Of a stretch of DNA of 32,000 bases, positions 1 to 8,817 are shown piece by piece (position 1 is the stretch's first letter; each line of letters begins with the position of its first letter). Source of the DNA: Candidatus Helarchaeota archaeon (GTDB lineage: Archaea; Asgardarchaeota; Lokiarchaeia; Helarchaeales; RDOG01); NCBI GenBank assembly GCA_019058315.1, contig JAHPZH010000006.1:107052-139051 (forward strand). Direction: 5' to 3'. The notes below the pieces were generated by a model, which was given only the letters and a program-made list of their open reading frames with translations, was not told where the DNA came from and did not search any database. The position numbers and the translations under genes are program-made.

Positions 1-413
1 TGACTTGAATTTGTAAGTATTTCTGACATTCCTATTTTTTTTCTTTTTAAAAGAAATTCATCTTATGAATTAGTTACAATAATCATATAAAATTGATAAA
101 TTATTAATATTCCAATAATTATGGCTAAAATGATAAAAACTGGAATAAATAGAGGAAAATCCCTAGCTTTACTAAAGACTAATGGAATTGTTATAATAAA
201 CGGAATAGTAAATATAAAAAGTGTTATAAAATCATGACTTAAAGGAATTAGAATTATCTGTCGATTTACAATTTAAATCATAAATTTTCGACTATCCAGA
301 TTATTAATAAAAAAATTAAAAAATACAATTTAAATCACCAAATTTTTTTTAAAAATATACGATTTAAACTCCTCGTATTCTTTTCTAATTCCTTTTCTTA
401 AATAATTTGAATT

Positions 414-2651
414 ATGAGTTTAAATATATTTATTTCAATTAATTTAAGAATAATAATGAAGGAAATATCAAATAATTGCAAAACAGAATTAGAATTAGTT
501 TATGAAAATGATGAATCAACACCAAATAAGTTGTTGAGGAGGCTGAATTATCTTTGTTTTAAAAATGAAAAGTGCAAAGATAGAAAAATCTTCTCGCATC
601 CAATTTGTACTTATAATTGCTATAGAGATCTTTCAAATTTTGATAAAATTGATGAGATTTTTTTTATTAATGAACAATTTAAGATATGTTTTTATAAAAA
701 TCAAACTGAAATGTTAAAAGAATTATCAAATTATCTACTAAAAATAAAAAAAATAAATTTAAGACTTAATCTGTTTAATAATTCATGTGTAAATCGTGAA
801 ACTTGTCAAAATAAGTATCAGATTTTTTTAAAAAGAATATTTGGAAGTAAAACTAGAATAGGATTACTTTTATCTAACCCTATAAGAGCATACGTTGAAA
901 TTATAAACGAAATTCATGTAATTATTTCATTAATTGAGAAGAATAAAAACTGTAAAAAATGTTTGAATCACATTCTAGAGGATTTAAAAAAAATAGAAAT
1001 TTCAATAAATCGGCTCGAATTTTTTAAAAAATATATGAATTTAACACCTGCAGAAAAAAAAGATCCATTAGAAAGAATTTATTTAAAACTTTTTCAATTA
1101 AAAATAATACAGAGCGAAGAAAAGTTAACCGAAAGCTTTGAAACGAACAAAATAATTGATGAATATTCAGTAGGTCCGTATTTCATTCAAATTTATAATA
1201 ATAAGAGGAAAGAAGAGCTATTCTATAAATATTCGAAATCTATTACATCTAATGATTTAATAGGGAATTTTATTGATACAAATGCAGTTTTAAACGAAAA
1301 AATAAGATTTTTTACTTTAAATGAATTAATAAAATATAAATTGCATAAAATAACAAATCTTTTAGAATCAAATTATAGTAGTTTAAAATTAAACAAGGAA
1401 AAATTTGTTGAATTACTTTGTTTTGAGTCCATTGGATTAAATAAAATTATTCCTTTTCTATTAGATGATCTTGTTGAAGAAATATTTCTGGATAATCCTA
1501 TGTCAACCATATATTTAGATCATAGTAAATATGGTAGGTGTTTTACGAATATTAATTTTAATTCTAATGACATTGAAAATTTTAAAACTAAAATTAGATT
1601 GGAAAATAATTCATTACTCGATGAAAAACATCCATTTTTAAAAACAGATTTAATAACTGATTTTTTTAATATAAGAGTGGCATGTAATATTAGTCCTTTG
1701 GCCGCTGATGAATTTAATTTCGCAATTAGAAAATTAAGGAAAAATGTATTTTCTATTATTGAATTAATAAATCTTAATACAATTTCCTTTAAAGCTGCAG
1801 CGTATCTGTGTCTTTTATTATTTCATAGGAGAAATATTTTAGTAATTGGAGCACCAGGAGCAGGTAAAACAACATTGATTAATTCTTTAGATATTTTATC
1901 TCCAACAGAATGGCGAAAAGTTTATTTGGAAGATGTTATTGAGAGTATTACTCAATATAAATATGGAAAACATCAAGTTAGATTTCATGTTTCAGCAAAT
2001 TCTCAAGAAAATACTTTATTTTCAAAAAAAATTCAAGTTAGAGAGTCTCTTCATAGAACTCCTGACATGGTATTTATTGGAGAATTAATTCATAAAGAAA
2101 CTGTAAAAGCTTTTTTTTTCTTATTAAAAACTGGACTAAGATGTGGACTTGGAACCTGCCATGGAGAATCGCCTGAATTAATTATTCAAAGATGGATAGA
2201 GGATGATGAAATACCTTATAATTCTATTAAAAATCTTGATGTAATCGTACAAATCGCCAAAACAAAATTTGGAAGAAGAGTTATAAGAATTGCGGAGATT
2301 GGAAATAATAAACAAAAAAATAATATTGAAATCGTAAATTTATTTTTAAGAGACCCAGAAAATGATATTTTGAAATGTACTTTTAACTCATTAGAAGAAT
2401 TATTTAATAAATCACCTGTGATAGGGAAAATAAAAGAACTTTTAATAGAAAATATTTTAGAAAATAATTTTGTTGAAGAGTTAATGACCTATTATAAATT
2501 CTTTGAATTATTAAAAAATCACGAAATTTATGAATTGGATGATATTGTATCATATATTAAAAAATTCTGGGTCTTTAAAAAAAATTTTGAGATGCAACCT
2601 CAATTTTCATTTAAAAAATTAAATTCCCAGCTCCTAACTCTATTTGTATAA
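414..2651 (+). CDS. Type IV pilus/archaellum-type secretion ATPase (GspE/VirB11/FlaI superfamily) with a long atypical N-terminal extension
   Basis: The C-terminal ~270 aa carry Walker A VIGAPGAGKTTLINSL, an Asp-box/Walker B-like TPDMVFIGELI and a His-box-like GTCHGESPE. The N-terminal ~470 aa contain several Cys pairs (CFKNEKC, CTYNC, CVNRETC, CKKC) and no motif I recognise. The exact start is uncertain (M1 or M15). Confidence 0.7.
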   Translation: MSLNIFISINLRIIMKEISNNCKTELELVYENDESTPNKLLRRLNYLCFKNEKCKDRKIFSHPICTYNCYRDLSNFDKIDEIFFINEQFKICFYKNQTEMLKELSNYLLKIKKINLRLNLFNNSCVNRETCQNKYQIFLKRIFGSKTRIGLLLSNPIRAYVEIINEIHVIISLIEKNKNCKKCLNHILEDLKKIEISINRLEFFKKYMNLTPAEKKDPLERIYLKLFQLKIIQSEEKLTESFETNKIIDEYSVGPYFIQIYNNKRKEELFYKYSKSITSNDLIGNFIDTNAVLNEKIRFFTLNELIKYKLHKITNLLESNYSSLKLNKEKFVELLCFESIGLNKIIPFLLDDLVEEIFLDNPMSTIYLDHSKYGRCFTNINFNSNDIENFKTKIRLENNSLLDEKHPFLKTDLITDFFNIRVACNISPLAADEFNFAIRKLRKNVFSIIELINLNTISFKAAAYLCLLLFHRRNILVIGAPGAGKTTLINSLDILSPTEWRKVYLEDVIESITQYKYGKHQVRFHVSANSQENTLFSKKIQVRESLHRTPDMVFIGELIHKETVKAFFFLLKTGLRCGLGTCHGESPELIIQRWIEDDEIPYNSIKNLDVIVQIAKTKFGRRVIRIAEIGNNKQKNNIEIVNLFLRDPENDILKCTFNSLEELFNKSPVIGKIKELLIENILENNFVEELMTYYKFFELLKNHEIYELDDIVSYIKKFWVFKKNFEMQPQFSFKKLNSQLLTLFV

Positions 2652-2704
2652 TTTTATACCAGTTAAATTCTGCTGTTTATATATGAATTTCTAAATAAGT
2701 TAAC

Positions 2705-4273
2705 ATGAGTAATTATATTATAGAAAACGAAAAAAATCATTTATATAGTAGAATATGTAAAAGTATTTCAAAAATAAATTTATCTAAATTTATTTATTCA
2801 CGAATTAACAGTGAAAAACTAGAAATTGCTGCTAAACACCTATTCAACAAATACTTTTTATCTCCTCAAGAAATAATTTCGACATCCATATTTTTCTTCT
2901 TTTTATCAATAATTTTTTCAATAATTTTAACGATATTTTTTAAAACCTTCCTTTTTTTAATTGTTGGAATAGTGATTGGTTACATATCACATAATATGAT
3001 ATTAAACAAATTGATAATAGAATATGAAAATGAAAAATTATTAATTTTGCAATATGTTGACCTAACCTTTCAAGAATTTCTAATAATTTTAGCAACAACA
3101 AAATCAATATTTGATTCGATTTATTTTATATCTCAAGGGAATTACCCTTTAATTTCAAAAAAATTTCAAGAAATGATATGGAAAATTAATCAAGGTTCTG
3201 AACCTGAAGAATTACTTTATAATTTTGCCCTTAATCAACCTAGTAATTCTTTAAGAGAACGTATTCTAAATATAATTGCATCAAATTATTCTCAAGATAC
3301 AATTATAGAAGAATTAGAGAGTCATATTGTTGAAAAGGAAAATGAATATCAAAAATTTACAAAACAATTAGATAGCAAATTAATTTTAGTAATCGGAATT
3401 TGTTCTTTTCTACCACTATTATTCACAATTACAATTTTATTAAATGGATGGGAGAATAATATCTGGATTTTTATATTAATACCTTTTTTTTGGATTCTCC
3501 TCCGATATTTAAAAAGATCTTTGTTGAAATCAAAATTTATAATTTTCGGAAGCTTTGAAACCGTAAATTACAAAATTTCTAATAGAAATTTGGATAAAAT
3601 GAAATTGGAATTTGAAGAACTGATTGAATTTCTATCATTTTTTGGAAATTTTTTAAAAAGAAAATTTTCTATTGAAAGATCTTTTATCAATGCAGTTTTG
3701 AAATATAATGGGATTTTAAAATCCAAATTAATTAATTTTTTAAAATTAAATCTTTTCAATAATATGTCGTTTATAACTGCATGGGAAAAGTTCACTCAAA
3801 GTCTTTTAAATGAACCTTCTATTCAAATTTTAAATTTAATCAAACGAATGTTAATAAAAGATTCAATAAAAGCAGGAGATCAAATAATTTCTTTATTAAC
3901 TCAATTGAAAAAAAATCAAAATTTAATAAAAAAAAGGGAACTTGTTTACAAAACTCAACAATTTAAAATACAGTTAATATCTTTAATTTCGGGATTTATT
4001 TTAGGTTTATTAATTTCTTTAGCTCCAGTTTTTAGTCTCGCTTTTTCTTTTTCTAATATTGATTTAAAATTTCAAAATTTATTGTTAAAATCGGTAAATT
4101 ATTTGAATTTTTTACCCCTAATTTTAACCTTAGTTGCTATTTTAATAATCTCATCATATAATTTAGCCAAAATCATTAAAATAGCAAATCCGATAAAAAA
4201 TATAATTTTAACATTAATGATCTTTGGATGTACATGGTACATTTGTTACCTTTATTTATTTAATATGTTATGA
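2705..4273 (+). CDS. Polytopic membrane protein, FlaJ/TadC/PilC-like platform partner of the upstream ATPase
   Basis: It lies 53 nt downstream of the ATPase on the same strand. The 522-aa protein has hydrophobic helix clusters at about residues 60-95, 225-265 and 420-520, separated by soluble helical segments. This matches the architecture of T2SS-F/FlaJ proteins. No diagnostic motif was verified. Confidence 0.5.
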   Translation: MSNYIIENEKNHLYSRICKSISKINLSKFIYSRINSEKLEIAAKHLFNKYFLSPQEIISTSIFFFFLSIIFSIILTIFFKTFLFLIVGIVIGYISHNMILNKLIIEYENEKLLILQYVDLTFQEFLIILATTKSIFDSIYFISQGNYPLISKKFQEMIWKINQGSEPEELLYNFALNQPSNSLRERILNIIASNYSQDTIIEELESHIVEKENEYQKFTKQLDSKLILVIGICSFLPLLFTITILLNGWENNIWIFILIPFFWILLRYLKRSLLKSKFIIFGSFETVNYKISNRNLDKMKLEFEELIEFLSFFGNFLKRKFSIERSFINAVLKYNGILKSKLINFLKLNLFNNMSFITAWEKFTQSLLNEPSIQILNLIKRMLIKDSIKAGDQIISLLTQLKKNQNLIKKRELVYKTQQFKIQLISLISGFILGLLISLAPVFSLAFSFSNIDLKFQNLLLKSVNYLNFLPLILTLVAILIISSYNLAKIIKIANPIKNIILTLMIFGCTWYICYLYLFNML

Positions 4274-4313
4274 ATGAGATTTAATAAAGAATTATCTTGA
4301 ATATATTTAGAGG

Positions 4314-5204
4314 CTAATCTTGAGATTCAACAGATCTAGACCATTCATCAATTGCATTGGATAAAATTGAAACCAAATTTTCACGAAAAGTTGGATTTAT
4401 TGCTACCATAGAATAACAAGGAACACCTAATAATCGTTCAATTAATTTTGGTTTCATTGCCCTCGGCATATCTTGCTTATTAGCGATTCCAACCGTATGA
4501 AGTATTCTCTCTTGTTGTTTTTGTCTTATTATTTCTAAATATACCTTTTTTGTTTCCATCACATTTTCAACAGTACTATCTGTCACTAATAAGACAATGT
4601 TAGTTCCACGTAATAAAAAAGTCCATAAAGGAGTATATCTCTCCTGACCAGCAAAATCCCAAATTATTACTTCAAAACGGTCAGATAAACCAGTTAATCT
4701 TTTTACATCAACTGCAATTGTTGGATTATAATCTAATGGAACCTCAGTTCCTCTCATCAAATTAAGCATTGTTGTCTTTCCAACACCACCAAACCCTACA
4801 AGCGCAATTTTGATAATTCCCATTAATATTTTTTCTAGACTTGTATTAAAACCATCAAAAGCACTTGAATCCCTTCCATCCCAACCCAAAGCTTGTATAC
4901 CAAAATCTTCTACAAAAGAATCTCTTGTTCGTTTTAATCTCTCTCTCAATCCTAAGTCATCATCGCCTTCATCTGCACAAAAAACGAATAAATAATCCCT
5001 ATATCTTCCAGGTCCTGCAGTATAAACAAATTTTAAACGTCCAGTAACCACTGATTTAATTTCTCCTTCTGATAAAGACCCTGCAAATGAACTTACAGCA
5101 CTAAGAAAAACTGAGACAAGACTATCATCAACTTTAACGCTGCCATAGGTTTTATGGAATAAAATTGTTCCATCACTTCTGATAATGTAAACATGGTTTA
5201 TCAT
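4314..5204 (-). CDS. Small Ras/Arf-superfamily GTPase fused to an N-terminal longin/roadblock-like domain
   Basis: The C-terminal half has G1 LVGFGGVGKTT, G2 NPTIAVD, G3 WDFAGQERY and G4 NKQD. The N-terminal ~125 aa (MINHVYIIRSDGTILFHKTYG...LFVFCADEGDD) have the alternating beta/alpha pattern of longin/roadblock (MglB-like) domains. Confidence 0.75.
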   Translation of the reverse strand: MINHVYIIRSDGTILFHKTYGSVKVDDSLVSVFLSAVSSFAGSLSEGEIKSVVTGRLKFVYTAGPGRYRDYLFVFCADEGDDDLGLRERLKRTRDSFVEDFGIQALGWDGRDSSAFDGFNTSLEKILMGIIKIALVGFGGVGKTTMLNLMRGTEVPLDYNPTIAVDVKRLTGLSDRFEVIIWDFAGQERYTPLWTFLLRGTNIVLLVTDSTVENVMETKKVYLEIIRQKQQERILHTVGIANKQDMPRAMKPKLIERLLGVPCYSMVAINPTFRENLVSILSNAIDEWSRSVESQD

Positions 5205-5582
5205 ATTTTATTTTCTCCCATGCAATTACCTTTATAACTTATTTTTCTTTAAATAGCAATTTCTATGATAAATTCAAAGGCGTTTTGATATTTATTTAAT
5301 CCATAAATTTTCAATTCTCATTTAAAGGAAAACTTTAAACTTAATTTTAAATATTTTTATTTCGTTGATTTAAATTTATTGCATTATTTTCTTCTAAAAA
5401 AAAATAAATGTATCTTATGAATCTTAAGAAATTCTTCCTTTTTTTTGATCAAATTCTTCCTTAATTTTTTAATATCAGTAATTTGAGTAATTCGGATAAA
5501 GGAAAGAAACTTTTTTTAATTATTTTAAAATATTTGGTAAAATAATGATTTTTTATTTACATATCTAACTTGGGTATTTTAA

Positions 5583-6887
5583 ATGAGAGAAGTATTTTCT
5601 AATAATAAATTGCTTTACATGTATAATCACTTAAAAATAAATAATCCGAATAAAATTCCTGAAAAAATATATATTTGGGATGAAACACTTCGTGATGGTG
5701 AACAAACACCTGGAGTTAACTTATCATTTGAGCAAAAACTTAACATCGCAAAATTATTGGATGAAATTGGGATTAGCGTTATAGCTGTAGGTTTTCCGGC
5801 CGTTTCTGAATCTGAGAAAAAAATTGTTAGTGCTATAGCTAAAGAAAAGTTTCAGGCAAAAATAGCAGGAGCAGCTAGGGCTAAAAAAAGTGATATCGAT
5901 GATTCTCTTCAATGTGATATTGATGAAATTCCAATTTTCTTTCCAACAAGTAAATTGGCTTTAAAAAAAGTATTAAATAAAGATATTAATGATTCAATTA
6001 AAATTGTTTCAAACGCCATTGAATATGCAGTTGATCATGGTGTAATTACTGATTTCGTTGCAATGGATGCTACTAGAACTGAGTTTGAGACTCTTTTAAA
6101 ATTTCTTCATACAGCAATCAAATGTGGTGCGAATAAAATAATAATTGCTGATACTGTTGGAATAATGCGTCCATTATCCATGTCTAATTTAATTAAAAAA
6201 TTACGTGAGGATGAACTTATAAAAAAATCAACTATATCAATTCATGCCCATAATGACTTTGGGCTTGCAGTTTCAAATTCCTTGGCAGGAATAGAAATGG
6301 GAGCAAATTTTCCTCATGTCTGTGTAAACGGATATGGAGAAAGAAGTGGAAATGCTTCATTAGAAGAAATGGTTTTAGCTTTAGAAATATTATATAATAA
6401 AAAGACGCTAAAAAAAGAAAAAATATTCGAATTATCTAAATTAGTGGAGGAATATTTTGGCTTACCTATTTCTGTTCATCATCCAATAACTGGGTTTAAC
6501 AGTTTCTGTCATGAAAGTGGTCTACATGTAGATGCGATCTTACGAGGGGGACCTGAAACTATTGAACCTTTTGATCCAAGAATAATTGGTAGACAAAGAC
6601 ACTTTTACATGGGAAAATTCTCAGGAAGGAAAAATATAGAATGGATTCTCGATAAATTAGGAATTAAAGCAAATCCTGAACAAGTATTACAAATACTTTA
6701 TCAAGTTAAAAGCAAAGATATTAGCAATTCGATTAAAAAATCGAAAGCATTAATGGAATTATTTGAAGAAAAAATTAATCAAATATATAAAGCGTTTTCA
6801 GCTTTGGAATTTCTTAAAATCGTTGAATCTGTGACCAAACAAAAAATCTCTATTTCTAAATTAACCGAATATAATGAAATCATCTAA
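5583..6887 (+). CDS. 2-isopropylmalate / homocitrate / citramalate synthase family enzyme (HMGL-like DRE-TIM)
   Basis: Signature motifs are WDETLRDGEQTPGV and IHAHNDFGLAVSNSLAGIEMGA. At 434 aa it is shorter than LeuA forms that carry the full regulatory domain. The substrate cannot be assigned from sequence alone. The start may be the downstream M13. Confidence 0.8.
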   Translation: MREVFSNNKLLYMYNHLKINNPNKIPEKIYIWDETLRDGEQTPGVNLSFEQKLNIAKLLDEIGISVIAVGFPAVSESEKKIVSAIAKEKFQAKIAGAARAKKSDIDDSLQCDIDEIPIFFPTSKLALKKVLNKDINDSIKIVSNAIEYAVDHGVITDFVAMDATRTEFETLLKFLHTAIKCGANKIIIADTVGIMRPLSMSNLIKKLREDELIKKSTISIHAHNDFGLAVSNSLAGIEMGANFPHVCVNGYGERSGNASLEEMVLALEILYNKKTLKKEKIFELSKLVEEYFGLPISVHHPITGFNSFCHESGLHVDAILRGGPETIEPFDPRIIGRQRHFYMGKFSGRKNIEWILDKLGIKANPEQVLQILYQVKSKDISNSIKKSKALMELFEEKINQIYKAFSALEFLKIVESVTKQKISISKLTEYNEII

Positions 6888-6900
6888 ATTTTCCTAATTC

Positions 6901-7584
6901 TTAAATTATTTTAATAAATATAATCAATAAATTTCCTATTATTAAAGTAAATACGAAAAAGGTCATTATTTGTAAAATTTCTTTGCTTTTTTTTACTTTT
7001 AAACAAATATTATTGGATTTTTCTAGATGTATTTTATTTTTTAAGATTTTAGTATCCAAAGTCACCATAATTAATGAAAAAAAGAGTATACCTAATATTA
7101 GACATAAAATAAAATGTAAAAAAAGCTCGATTATTATGAATTGATTTGAAATTTGAACAAATAATTTAATATAATTGTCAAAAATGTAAATAATTGAAAT
7201 GATATTAAAAAAAAACAATATTTTTTTCTGAAATCGACAAGATTTGTTATGTCTAATAAATAAATCTTCTACGGATTTTTCATTTGAAATCCTTTTAATC
7301 GGACCTTTAATGGTATAATAAAGAATATTCAAATTAAATTCAAAAAAAATAATTGAAATAGTAAATATCAAAAAGAATAAGTCTGATTTTAAAAAATTGA
7401 TTCCTCCCATTCCTTCAAAACCTTTTTGCAAACCTAAAGAGTAATCAAAATGAATTAGTTCTACTAAAAAAAAGAAAATCAAAGAAAGATAGAAAGCGGA
7501 TGAGCTTAGAATTAAAAGTTTTTTTTCTTTTAGACTCCAAGTCTCTAAATATTCAGTTAATAATTTTTTATTGAAATTCCTCAT
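6901..7584 (-). CDS. Hypothetical polytopic membrane protein
   Basis: A 227-aa ORF with about six long Ile/Leu/Phe-rich hydrophobic segments. No recognisable motif. Confidence 0.45.
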   Translation of the reverse strand: MRNFNKKLLTEYLETWSLKEKKLLILSSSAFYLSLIFFFLVELIHFDYSLGLQKGFEGMGGINFLKSDLFFLIFTISIIFFEFNLNILYYTIKGPIKRISNEKSVEDLFIRHNKSCRFQKKILFFFNIISIIYIFDNYIKLFVQISNQFIIIELFLHFILCLILGILFFSLIMVTLDTKILKNKIHLEKSNNICLKVKKSKEILQIMTFFVFTLIIGNLLIIFIKII

Positions 7585-7795
7585 TTAATCTTTCCGGGAT
7601 AAAATTTTTTAAATATTTATTAAAAATAATTCAATTAAATTAAATAATATCGTGTTATTTACTATTTTGAATTAAAAATTAAATTTAAAATCGTAAATAC
7701 TTTTAAATTAATAGTCAATAATTATTTAACTTCCTTTAAGTAAAAAACATAAATACCAAGTTTTTAATTATTCTAGTCGAAACTGGTTGATATTA

Positions 7796-8059
7796 ATGAG
7801 CCTAATAAATGATATAATCATCCGACCTGTAATGACAGAAGCCGCATTTGATTTAATTGAAAAAGAAAATAAATTAACATTTATTGTTGATCGAAAATCT
7901 AATAAGACTACTATTAAATATGCTGTAGAAAAACTCTATAATGTTAAAGTAGACAAGGTGAATACTTTGATTCAAAGAGATGGAAATAAAAAAGCGTATG
8001 TGAAATTAGTTCCTGAAGATAATGCGTCTGATATTGCTACTAAACTTGGAATATTCTAA
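7796..8059 (+). CDS. rpl23: Large-subunit ribosomal protein uL23
   Basis: [51 protein letters not shown]...KKAYVKL matches the uL23 pattern. I prefer the ATG at 7796 over the in-frame TTG at 7787. Confidence 0.9.
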   Translation: MSLINDIIIRPVMTEAAFDLIEKENKLTFIVDRKSNKTTIKYAVEKLYNVKVDKVNTLIQRDGNKKAYVKLVPEDNASDIATKLGIF

Positions 8060-8063
8060 AGAA

Positions 8064-8069
8064 AGGTGA
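8064..8069 (+). promoter_or_regulatory. Shine-Dalgarno-like AGGTGA upstream of the TTG start of rpl2
   Basis: The sequence reads gaaAGGTGAaatataTTG, placing the purine-rich box 6 nt upstream of the start at 8076. Confidence 0.5.
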
Positions 8070-8075
8070 AATATA

Positions 8076-8789
8076 TTGGGAAAAAGAATACGTGTTCAAA
8101 GAAAAAATAGCCCAACTTTTAAAGCTAATACTCATAGAAGAAAAGGTAAAATTGCCCATCTTTCATTAAATGACCAAAATGTAACTGGTAAAATTATTGA
8201 TCTTGTTCATGAAAGCGGAAGAGGTGCTCCTTTAGCTCTAATAAATTTTGATAATGGAAAAAAGGTGTATATGTTAATTCCTGAAGGAGTATTTATTGGT
8301 CAAAAAATAGAAATAGGGGAAAAAGCTGCAATAAAAGAAGGAAATACATTACCACTAAAAAATATACCCGAAGGAACTCCTGTATTTAATATTGAATTAA
8401 AGCCAGGTGATGGAGGTAAATTAGTTAGAGCAGGTGGTACTTACGCTACGATAATATCTCGATCCTCGACAAAAATAATGATTCGTTTACCTTCTGGAAA
8501 GCTGAAAAGTTTTATTCCGACATGCAGAGCAACGATTGGAATTGTTGCAGGTGGCGGCAAACCCGAAAAACCAATTGTAAAAGCAGGAAAGAAATTTCAT
8601 ATGACAAAGGCTAAGCGGAAAAAATGGCCAATTACACGTGGAGTGGCAATGAATACTGTAGACCATCCTCATGGGGGCGGTGGTCATCAGCATATAGGTA
8701 AAAAAGGATCTACTGTATCTAGAAATGCACCACCAGGAAGAAAGGTAGGACTTATTGCTGCTCGCCGAAGTGGAAGAAAGAAAAAATAA
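8076..8789 (+). CDS. rpl2: Large-subunit ribosomal protein uL2
   Basis: Begins GKRIRVQRKNSPTFKANTHRRKG and carries the conserved VDHPHGGGGHQHIGK block and a basic C-terminus. TTG start. Confidence 0.95.
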   Translation: MGKRIRVQRKNSPTFKANTHRRKGKIAHLSLNDQNVTGKIIDLVHESGRGAPLALINFDNGKKVYMLIPEGVFIGQKIEIGEKAAIKEGNTLPLKNIPEGTPVFNIELKPGDGGKLVRAGGTYATIISRSSTKIMIRLPSGKLKSFIPTCRATIGIVAGGGKPEKPIVKAGKKFHMTKAKRKKWPITRGVAMNTVDHPHGGGGHQHIGKKGSTVSRNAPPGRKVGLIAARRSGRKKK

Positions 8790-8817
8790 AATAGTATGTT
8801 CTAATATATTTTGTCTA

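Noticed and set aside
121-240. 39-codon plus-strand ORF (MAKMIKTGINRGKS...) and a start-less hydrophobic minus-strand frame in the first 270 nt.
   Set aside because: They are too short, with no start codon (minus frame) or motif support. They cannot be distinguished from chance in AT-rich DNA.
3568-3795. 75-aa antisense ORF inside the FlaJ-like gene.
   Set aside because: It is embedded antisense in a longer coherent ORF. AT-rich genomes generate such shadow ORFs.
4810-5047. Two overlapping ~60-aa plus-strand ORFs inside the GTPase gene.
   Set aside because: They are antisense shadow ORFs, whereas the GTPase frame carries all G-motifs.
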